This document shows, piece by piece, positions 7,450-14,933 of a stretch of 38,353 bases of DNA. Made by a program: the position numbers and the translations under genes. The stretch is from Thermomicrobiales bacterium (GTDB lineage: Bacteria; Chloroflexota; Chloroflexia; Thermomicrobiales; UBA6265). The stretch lies in contig JBGTNF010000297.1 of assembly GCA_041743205.1 (NCBI GenBank), positions 1-38,353 on the forward strand, written 5' to 3'. The notes under the pieces are model-generated. The model made no database searches and was not told the origin of the DNA. It saw nothing but the letters and a program-made list of their open reading frames with translations. The first letter of the stretch is position 1; every line of letters begins with the position of its first letter.

Positions 7450-8535
7450 ATGCCCGATCCACCCGGCGCGAACGATCAGCAACCTGCCGAACATGTCTCC
7501 CGCTTTCGGGGCCGCGACGGCGTAACCAGCGATGAGCGCGACCTTCCGCCAGTCGATAGCGAGGAGCACGCCCGCCTGGAAACCGCGGCTCGCGACGGGC
7601 GCGGAGCCCAGCTCGACCTCTTCGTGGTCGCCGATGGCGGTTCGTTCGAAGCCGAGGTCGGTGGCTTGGCCCCGCTCGCGGCTCGCTCCAGTCTCGACCT
7701 GGCCCGAACGGCCTGGCGCCGGAATCTCGAGGCGCTGGGCCGGCCCCGCAACACGATCGAGTCCTACAGTTACGATCTCAGCGTGTTCGAGCACCTGGTC
7801 GGTCCCAAGCCGATCAACCGGATCGATCAGAGCGACATTGCCCGGCTGCTCGGCGACGCTACCAGCAAGACCACCCGCAAACGACGTTTGACGTCGGTCC
7901 GGCGCTTCTTCCATTACCTGATCGACGATCTCAAGGTGCTCAAATTCAACCCGACGGACGGCTATTACCCTCATCACATCGCCCTCCGGGCCCCAACTCC
8001 CTTATTCGCGGATGATCAGCGCGCGTTGCTGGCGGCGGCTCGCGCCGACGAAGACTGGAGCGCCCTGGCGGTCTGGCTCCTGATGCGGCTCGGTCTGACG
8101 CGCGCCGAACTCCTCGCGCTGCACCAGGATCACATCGATCGATCCCTGCCGGAGCAGGCAGTCGTCGCCATCGCCTACGACGAGGTCACCAAACAATCGA
8201 AGGACCGTCGACTGGCGGCCGATGGCGAGTTCGCGCAACTCTACGACGCGTTTCTCGAAACGCGGAGCGTTGCAGGGGCGCTGTTCCCCGTCGGTCCCCA
8301 GGCGATCAACGGCATGGTCGAGCGCGTGCGCCGGGCGGCGGGCATCGAGCGGGACGTTTCGCCGCAAACGCTGCGGACCACGTTCGCCGTCGAGCAGGCG
8401 AAGGCAGGGGCCGACCAGCAGCGCCTGCTGTCGCTGCTTGGCCTGGTCAACGACCCGCGCAACCGGGCCAGCGTCGACCGGTACATTCTGCTGGGTTCCG
8501 CCCCGCTCGAAGCGGTCATCCCGGGCGGCCAATGA
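7450..8535 (+). CDS. tyrosine recombinase (XerC/D-like) homolog with non-canonical catalytic residues
   Basis: SAM-like N-domain (RNTIESYSYDLSVFEHLVG ... KRRLTSVRRFFHYL) and a C-terminal integrase fold (LGLTRAELLAL, TKQSKDRR, SPQTLRTTFA, LLGL...VDRYIL). The N-terminal ~80 aa are low-complexity, so the true start could be further downstream. Confidence 0.8.
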   Translation: MPDPPGANDQQPAEHVSRFRGRDGVTSDERDLPPVDSEEHARLETAARDGRGAQLDLFVVADGGSFEAEVGGLAPLAARSSLDLARTAWRRNLEALGRPRNTIESYSYDLSVFEHLVGPKPINRIDQSDIARLLGDATSKTTRKRRLTSVRRFFHYLIDDLKVLKFNPTDGYYPHHIALRAPTPLFADDQRALLAAARADEDWSALAVWLLMRLGLTRAELLALHQDHIDRSLPEQAVVAIAYDEVTKQSKDRRLAADGEFAQLYDAFLETRSVAGALFPVGPQAINGMVERVRRAAGIERDVSPQTLRTTFAVEQAKAGADQQRLLSLLGLVNDPRNRASVDRYILLGSAPLEAVIPGGQ

Positions 8536-8602
8536 CGACTTGCGTTCGCGGCCCCGGCGGCCCTGGCTGATTCCGGATGGTGGAGATGGAACGCAGGCAA
8601 CC

Positions 8603-9127
8603 ATGACGACCGGCCAGCTGGTGGTGATCGGGCTTCGCCTGATCGTACCCTTGCTCATCCTCCGCAAGCCTCTGGCGGGCGGCCTGGCGGCGATGCTGCT
8701 CGACGCCACCGACGTGATCATCGTCGAGTTCTTCGGTCCCGGCGGCATGGGCGACCATTACCAGAACATCGACAAGGGGCTCGATCTCTACTACCTCGGG
8801 CTGGAGGCATACGTGTCGCTCAGCTGGTCGTCGCGAATCCCGCGCCACATCAGCCTCTGGCTGTTCGGACTCCGGCTGGTAGGGGTCGCGCTGTTCGAGG
8901 TCAGCGGCTGGCGTCCGTTGCTTTTCCTCTTCCCCAACCTCTTCGAGAACTGGTTCCTGTTCGTCCTGATCATGTGGCGGTTCTTCCCAGGCGTGCGGCT
9001 GGACACCTGGCGGCGCTGCCTCACCTGGCTGGCCGTTCTCTACGTACCCAAGCTTGGTCAGGAGTACCTGTTGCACGTCGCCGAGGCGCAGCCCTGGTCG
9101 TGGTTCAAGGACGTTGTTGGGCTGTGA
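8603..9127 (+). CDS. hypothetical multi-pass membrane protein
   Basis: ATG at 8603 lies in frame within the 301-aa ORF. The 174-aa product has several hydrophobic helices (LVVIGLRLIVPLLIL, LWLFGLRLVGVALF, LLFLFPNLFENWFLFVLIMW, LTWLAVLYV). Confidence 0.6.
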   Translation: MTTGQLVVIGLRLIVPLLILRKPLAGGLAAMLLDATDVIIVEFFGPGGMGDHYQNIDKGLDLYYLGLEAYVSLSWSSRIPRHISLWLFGLRLVGVALFEVSGWRPLLFLFPNLFENWFLFVLIMWRFFPGVRLDTWRRCLTWLAVLYVPKLGQEYLLHVAEAQPWSWFKDVVGL

Positions 9128-10049
9128 CGGCGTGTTCGCCTGATCCGCTCCAGTCGGTGAGCTGAAGCGCCAGGGCCCGGATCTTGTCCGCGTCGTGCAG
9201 TACGTCGAGCCAACGGCCCGGCAAGCCGGATTCGCCGTAGTGAGCGCCGGCCAGGGCTCCGGTGACGGCGCCCGTGGTGTCGGCGTCCGACCCGAGGGCG
9301 ACGGCGCGGTCGATTGCTTCCTCGGCGGAATCCGTGGTGAGCAACGACCAGAACGCCGCGGTCAACGTGTCGAGCACGTACCCGCCGGACTCGACCTCAT
9401 CGCGTGTCAGGCCGGGCGCCCGGTCGATGGCATCGACGACGCGCTCCTCCTCGATGCCCTGCGTGGCAGCCACGATGACGTCCGACCGGTTGCCGCCGCC
9501 AAGCAGGTGGGCGATGCCCTGGTTGAGTGCGACCGCGCCCCAGGTCGCGCGGGGATCGGCGTGCGTCATGCGCGACGTTTCGATCGACGACCAAACGAGC
9601 CGTTCGCGGTCGGTTCGGAACCGCAGCGCCAGCGGCGCGCAGCGCATCACCGTGCCGTTGCCGGCCACGCCGTTGGACGAAATGGCCTGAAGATGGTCGC
9701 CAGCGTCCTGCCAGGACACTCCAGACTCGATCAGCCGCAGCGCCTGGGACGTTGCGATGCCGATGTCCTTCGGATTCGAGCGGAGCCAGGCGACGAAGTT
9801 TGCCGCCACCGCGTCCAGGTCTACGCCATCTTCCGAACAAGCGCGGGCAATGGCCAGCGCCATGGCGGTGTCGTCGGTGTATTCGCCGCGTTCGAGGCCG
9901 TGCGGTCCGCCACCCATAATCTCCCGAATTCCATCGGGATAGGCGCGATCCAGATCGGCGCGTGAACGAAACTCGACCGCGCCGCCCAACGCATCGCCAC
10001 AGGCGAGCCCCAGTAGGCAACCAGCTGCCCGGTCGCGAAGGTCGGTCAT
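9105..10049 (-). CDS. ADP-ribosylglycohydrolase-family protein
   Basis: Internal ATG at 10049 gives MTDLRDRAAGCLLGLACGDALGGAVEF..., then YTDDTAMALA and the C-terminal GSDADTTGAVTGALAGAHYG. These are hallmark ARH/DraG-family motifs. The ATG overlaps the manA stop (ATGA). Confidence 0.88.
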   Translation of the reverse strand: MTDLRDRAAGCLLGLACGDALGGAVEFRSRADLDRAYPDGIREIMGGGPHGLERGEYTDDTAMALAIARACSEDGVDLDAVAANFVAWLRSNPKDIGIATSQALRLIESGVSWQDAGDHLQAISSNGVAGNGTVMRCAPLALRFRTDRERLVWSSIETSRMTHADPRATWGAVALNQGIAHLLGGGNRSDVIVAATQGIEEERVVDAIDRAPGLTRDEVESGGYVLDTLTAAFWSLLTTDSAEEAIDRAVALGSDADTTGAVTGALAGAHYGESGLPGRWLDVLHDADKIRALALQLTDWSGSGEHAVTAQQRP

Positions 10050-11119
10050 CGCTTCGGGGCCCCGTCGAGGTCGCCGGTTCCGCCGCCCAGCGCGGAAATC
10101 TCGCAGGCCGTGGCGCCGGCCAACCTCGCTCGTTCCACGACGTCGGTGTCCAGATCGGGCACGTAGGTCAGGAGCGCCACGCACGATACGGACGCCACCA
10201 TCGTCGTCGGTTCGGCGGTCGGCCAGACAACCGCCGAGGAGCCCTGGGTGAGCGCCAGGTCCTCGATCGTCGCGTCGCCCGCCAGCATCGTCACCACGCA
10301 CGGGCTGCCGATCCGTCCGATTTCCAGCGTGGCTTCCTCGGGCAACGCGAGTCGTTCCAGCGCGAAGTACCGGCAGGCGGCGAGGATCTGGTGTTCGCCA
10401 GGCATCTGGCCCAGCTCGATCGGCTCGATCAGTCCGGGCATCGAATCGGGCCGGGCGACGGCGAAGCCCTCGGCAAGATGAACCTCGCGGGACTGGCCCT
10501 GGTCGTCGACCCGGCCCCAGTCGTCCAACCGGTACGTGACGTCCGACGGCTGCTGCACTTCGTAGACCAGGACGCCGGCGCCGAGCGCGTGGATCGTGCC
10601 GGCCGGAATCAGCACCGTCGTGCCAGGCTGGGCCGGAATCGTGCGCATCAGCGGCGCAGTCGAGCCGTCGAGGCGCGCCGCCGCCTCGCGAAACCGGGCC
10701 AACCCGACGCCTCGATCCGGACCCAGGTACAGGAGGGAGCCGGGTTCGGCGTCCAGCACGTGCCAGGCTTCGGTTTTGCCGAGCCGGTCGATGGTACTGG
10801 CGTCGAGATCGTTCGGGTGGACCTGGATCGAGAGGTTCTGCGTGGCGTCGATGATTTTGACGAGCAGGGGAAACATGGCACGGCCGCTGACGGCGCCGGT
10901 CGCCACCGGTCCGAGGTGCGCGGCTGGGTCCGACCTGACGAGGTCACCCAACGTCCGCCCCTGCCCGTAGCCCGCCGTCACCGTGGCTTCCCCGGCGGTA
11001 ACCAGCGCTTCGCCGATGCGCTCCCCAGCCGGAAGGTCGATCCCGTACCGGCCGAGCTTCCGTCCGCCCCACGGTTTGGTGTCGAGACGGGGTGTGACCA
11101 ACGAGGCGCGGGTGTTCAA
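10046..11119 (-). CDS. manA: mannose-6-phosphate isomerase, class I
   Basis: Motifs KPWGG, LSIQVHPND, KTEAWHVL and IPAGTIHALG. The ORF opens at 11182, but TTG at 11119 has GGAGCAGGA upstream and gives a typical N-terminus. Confidence 0.85.
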   Translation of the reverse strand: MNTRASLVTPRLDTKPWGGRKLGRYGIDLPAGERIGEALVTAGEATVTAGYGQGRTLGDLVRSDPAAHLGPVATGAVSGRAMFPLLVKIIDATQNLSIQVHPNDLDASTIDRLGKTEAWHVLDAEPGSLLYLGPDRGVGLARFREAAARLDGSTAPLMRTIPAQPGTTVLIPAGTIHALGAGVLVYEVQQPSDVTYRLDDWGRVDDQGQSREVHLAEGFAVARPDSMPGLIEPIELGQMPGEHQILAACRYFALERLALPEEATLEIGRIGSPCVVTMLAGDATIEDLALTQGSSAVVWPTAEPTTMVASVSCVALLTYVPDLDTDVVERARLAGATACEISALGGGTGDLDGAPKR

Positions 11120-11272
11120 CGATCCTGCTCCAGGGTTCGGGCGCGGCGCCCGGCGGCTAGCGTTCGATGCCAGTGGCGGCATCGTACTATGGTCTCGACG
11201 ATGGGTGGCGCTGGCTCCGAAGGACGGGCGCCCGAACCCCGGGCCCCTGGTTGAGACGACGGAGCAGCGACG

Positions 11273-12397
11273 ATGACCCTCTCAGGACATTCCGGCACGG
11301 CGGCGGCGCGACGATCCGGCGCCTTTTGGGCGGTGATTCCGGCTGGAGGTTCCGGCACGCGGTTGTGGCCGTTGAGCCGTTCCACCCGCCCCAAGTTCCT
11401 GCTCCCGCTGCTCGGCAACCAGTCGCTGCTCCAGGAAACATTCGAGCGGCTCCGCCTGCTCACCGATCCGGAGCACATCGTGGTGGTGTGCGGACCGGCC
11501 CACGTCGCGGCGATCGCCCGCCAACTTCCCGATCTCCCATCCGGCAACATCATCGTCGAGCCGGCCCCGAACGGCACCGGTCCCGCCCTGGCGCTGGCAT
11601 CGGCGCTCATCGCCCGCCAGGACCCGGACGCGATCATGGGCAGTTTTGCCGCCGATCACGACGTGACCGATACCGCGAGCTTCGTCACGGCGGTCCGCAC
11701 CGCGATTGCGGCCGCCGCCACCGGCGATATGGTCACCATCGGGTTGACGCCCACGCGGCCTGAGACCGGGTACGGCTACATCGAGCGGACGGATGAGATC
11801 GTGGTCGATACGGGAGCCGGCATCGGCTTCCGAGCCGCCCGGTTCGTCGAGAAACCTGACCTCGAAACGGCCCAGGCGTATCTCGACAGCGGGTCGTTTC
11901 TCTGGAACGCCGCGATGTTCGCCTGGCGGGTCGACACGCTCCTCGGCGAACTCGAACGCCAGCAGCCGCAAATCCACGCGGGCGTCCAGGCCATCGCCGA
12001 CGCGTGGGATACCCGGTCTCGCGAACGCGTCACAGCCTCGATCTGGCCGACCCTGCCGAACGTCACGATCGATCAGGGCATCATGGAGGGGGCGGCCAGC
12101 GTGGCGGTGGTTCCGGCCGAGATGGGGTGGTCCGATGTCGGCGACTGGAACGGGCTTGGCGAGATGATCGAGCAGGATGCGCTGGGCAATTCGGTGCGCG
12201 GCGACCTGCTCCAGATCGACACCACCAACAGCGTGATCTGGTCGGAAACGGGCCGGATGGTGGCAATGGTCGGTCTTGACAACATCATCGTGGTCGACAC
12301 CGACGATGCGTTGCTCGTCATCGACCGCGGGAAGTCGCAGGATGTCCGGCAGGTGGTGGACCGCCTCAAATCCGGCCTGCGCACCGAACTCAGTTAG
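11273..12397 (+). CDS. manC: mannose-1-phosphate guanylyltransferase (NTP-transferase family)
   Basis: 374 aa. The motif AVIPAGGSGTRLWPLSRSTRPKFLL and the rest are typical of GDP-mannose pyrophosphorylases. Divergent from manA. Confidence 0.9.
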   Translation: MTLSGHSGTAAARRSGAFWAVIPAGGSGTRLWPLSRSTRPKFLLPLLGNQSLLQETFERLRLLTDPEHIVVVCGPAHVAAIARQLPDLPSGNIIVEPAPNGTGPALALASALIARQDPDAIMGSFAADHDVTDTASFVTAVRTAIAAAATGDMVTIGLTPTRPETGYGYIERTDEIVVDTGAGIGFRAARFVEKPDLETAQAYLDSGSFLWNAAMFAWRVDTLLGELERQQPQIHAGVQAIADAWDTRSRERVTASIWPTLPNVTIDQGIMEGAASVAVVPAEMGWSDVGDWNGLGEMIEQDALGNSVRGDLLQIDTTNSVIWSETGRMVAMVGLDNIIVVDTDDALLVIDRGKSQDVRQVVDRLKSGLRTELS

Positions 12398-12533
12398 GGC
12401 GCGTCACAGCAGTTCCACAATGATGCCGGTTCCCGACCACCCAGAGGTCTGTTCAGGCTACATTGGCCCAAGCCGCACTCCCGTTCTGCCGTTGTGCTGG
12501 ATAGTCTGACCAATGTCGTAGCCTCCTTCAACC

Positions 12534-12637
12534 GTCATTCCGAGCTTGCGAGGAACCCCCCGCCTAAGGCGGTATCGAGATTCCGCGAAACACTCGTACC
12601 GGCTTCGCCGGGCGATCCCTCGCAAGCTCGGGATGAC
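12534..12637. repeat. family-1 inverted-repeat element (104 bp, MITE/REP-like)
   Basis: Termini are GTCATTCCGAGCTTGCGAGG and CCTCGCAAGCTCGGGATGAC, reverse complements with one mismatch. Both arms match the arms of the 23501-23755 element. Confidence 0.75.
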
Positions 12638-12761
12638 GGTGAGTGAGGCGTCGACAACTTGTCAGTAAAGGGTCGACAAATCGCTCTGGGTGACGATCCT
12701 TGCGTGCGCGTGCATGAACCTTGGCAACCTCGACACGCTGCTCGGCGCCTGCCGCACTCGC

Positions 12762-13604
12762 TCACACCCGACCGCTGGCAATGGACGATTGTCGTGACCC
12801 GTCCGCCCGTACCGGCCCATCGAGACCGGCGCCTGGGGTGACTGGATCGTCGTTGTCGAGCTGGTTGTCGCCGCCGCGTCGCACTGCCTCGGTCGCTTCC
12901 GGCTCCGGTTCCGGCGTTTCGTCTTCCTCGAAAGGAATGAAGCCCGACGGCGTCGAGGCGCCTTCGCTGTCTTCGGTAGGTGTTTCCGACGCGCCGGGCG
13001 CGTTGATCACCGATTCCGCGGTTCCAGTCGGTGGTGGCGACTCGTCGCCGTCGCCCCGGTTGAGGAACCAGATCAGGAGGACCAGCGCCAGGATCGCAAG
13101 GGCCACCGCGCCGAAGATGATTCCACGGGTTCGACCGTCGTCCGGGAGTTTCCAGGGAAACATCCCGCCGAAGCGGTCGCCGAAGCCTCCATTCTCCGGG
13201 TCGTCTCGCCGGTCATCGGCATATTCATCCGCAGTGGCATCCCCAGCCACCGAATCCCGCCAGTACGTCCGCGGGCGGGTCGATTCCGCCGCCGCGCCAG
13301 TGTTCGATGTGCGGGCAGGTCGCTGACGCGGAGGCCGGGACGGGGCTGGGACCGGATCGCCGTCGGGGGGATTCGACGGCGCCGGTTCCGGCTCGGTTCG
13401 TCGGCCGCGATTCCGTGTCGGTGACGAGCGAGCCGGCGTGCCGAACAGGTCGGCGGAGGATCGGACGGTCGAGGAGACGTAGGAGCCGAAATCGACCGTT
13501 TCATCCGTTGTCTGTGGTTGGGGTTGACCAGATCCGGGATCACTGGCCCCGGATTCCGGGCCAGCGGTACGCTTGTTGGCCGGGTGTGAATCACCAGAAG
13601 GCAT
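12762..13604 (-). CDS. hypothetical single-pass membrane protein with disordered P/D/E/S/T-rich flanks
   Basis: ATG at 13604 has GGAG upstream; the ORF opens with TTG at 13625. There is one clear TM helix, GIIFGAVALAILALVLLIWFL, in otherwise low-complexity sequence. Confidence 0.55.
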   Translation of the reverse strand: MPSGDSHPANKRTAGPESGASDPGSGQPQPQTTDETVDFGSYVSSTVRSSADLFGTPARSSPTRNRGRRTEPEPAPSNPPDGDPVPAPSRPPRQRPARTSNTGAAAESTRPRTYWRDSVAGDATADEYADDRRDDPENGGFGDRFGGMFPWKLPDDGRTRGIIFGAVALAILALVLLIWFLNRGDGDESPPPTGTAESVINAPGASETPTEDSEGASTPSGFIPFEEDETPEPEPEATEAVRRGGDNQLDNDDPVTPGAGLDGPVRADGSRQSSIASGRV

Positions 13605-13811
13605 CAGTTGGCTCCGCCACTGCAAATCGCGTGGTTCGATGATTGTTGGCCAAGGCGGGCCGCCCGGGACGGCCCCGACCGGCGAAGCACACGTTTACAC
13701 GAAGATGCCGGGGCATCAGCATGTAACGGAGGAATCGCAACGGCAAGTTTAGCCCAACCACACGACATCCATGTTCTTGCCACCGAGGTATCCCGATTGC
13801 CGTGGCGGCGA

Positions 13812-14654
13812 TCACCGGCGAAACGCGGCGATATCGAGGTCGATGAGCTCCTCGACGATGGCCCGCAACTGACCAGCGGCCTGGCCCAGGATGATCTGGC
13901 CGGCTTCCGCCGTCGCGTTGGTCGAATCGCCAGTGACGCCGGAGGCGGTGGTTCGGTGCTGGGCGATGGGCAGCACGCCACCAGCCGCACGGACGATCGT
14001 TTGCACGCGACGCAGCGATTGATCGAGGCTGCGCTCCCCCAGTTCAGTCCGGTCGACCAGATCGGGCCGGATCGCCAGAACCACGGCGCTTTCGTCGCCG
14101 CCGCCATGCCCGATCGAGGCCGGTCCAAGCGCTTCCTCGGCGGCGTTCGCAATCAACGCGTAGGCGTAGACCGAGGCGACGATCGGCACGCCGAGATCCC
14201 TGTGGCAACGTTCGACGGCGAGTTGCAGCGCGGCGTTGTTGCCCCCGTGCGTGTTGACGATCAAAAAGCGCTCGATGCCGTAGCCGTGCAGCGACCGCAC
14301 GATGTCCTCGACGATCGCGATCAGGGTGTCGTCGCGGAGTGAGATCGTCCCGGGGATATCGAGATGGTGCCAGGAAACGCCCCACGGGATGGCGGGCGTC
14401 ACGGCCACTCTGGGCCGAAGCAACGTTGCCGCGAGGCCACTCAGCACCTGGGCCGAAAGCGTGTCGGTCGATACTGGCAGGGCCGGTCCGTGCTGCTCGT
14501 GCGCGCCGACCGGGATCAACACGAGGTTCAAGGCGCTGCACGCAGTCGCGAACGCCGGGGACGTCAGCTCCGAGAGCAGGATCGGTCCGGTTGGCGGGCC
14601 CGCCGATGTGCGGTCTCCCGATGAATCCATGTCGGCGGAACGCGTGTTGTCCAT
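13812..14654 (-). CDS. creatininase-family amidohydrolase
   Basis: Motifs IPVGAHEQHGPALPVSTD, VNTHGGN and GHGGGDESA match the creatinine amidohydrolase/MftE-like family. ATG start with a GGAGAC RBS. Confidence 0.88.
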   Translation of the reverse strand: MDNTRSADMDSSGDRTSAGPPTGPILLSELTSPAFATACSALNLVLIPVGAHEQHGPALPVSTDTLSAQVLSGLAATLLRPRVAVTPAIPWGVSWHHLDIPGTISLRDDTLIAIVEDIVRSLHGYGIERFLIVNTHGGNNAALQLAVERCHRDLGVPIVASVYAYALIANAAEEALGPASIGHGGGDESAVVLAIRPDLVDRTELGERSLDQSLRRVQTIVRAAGGVLPIAQHRTTASGVTGDSTNATAEAGQIILGQAAGQLRAIVEELIDLDIAAFRR

Positions 14655-14933
14655 GGCAGGTCTCCATCGCGGGCGATTTCGGACCGGGTGTCAATTCGTG
14701 GTCAGTATCGTCGACCGGAGCATGTCCCGGTTATCCCGGTCGATTCCTCGGCCACGATAGTCCTATGGACGCGTCGCCCGCTTCTTACTATCATATTGAA
14801 CGTACACTCCGTACAAGGCGGTGGCTTTCGCGCTGTTCAGGGGATTCCTGATTCGCACTGGTCGTCGCTGGAGAGCGGGAAGGGAAGCCCCTCTCGACCT
14901 GAGCAAGGCGTTCAGGCGTCAATCGAATCAAGG

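Noticed and set aside
7133-9127. Recombinase gene as a marker of an integrated prophage or genomic island
   Set aside because: I could find no flanking tRNA, att-like direct repeats or phage/conjugation genes in the window, and the recombinase itself looks catalytically degenerate.
12535-12765. 76-aa ORF here, and the similar repeat-derived ORFs 23513..23761, 23652..23924 and 19200..19616
   Set aside because: They are translations of the inverted-repeat elements, with recurring peptides such as SSRACEGSPGEAG and RHPEERGMT. They have no RBS or independent coding signal.
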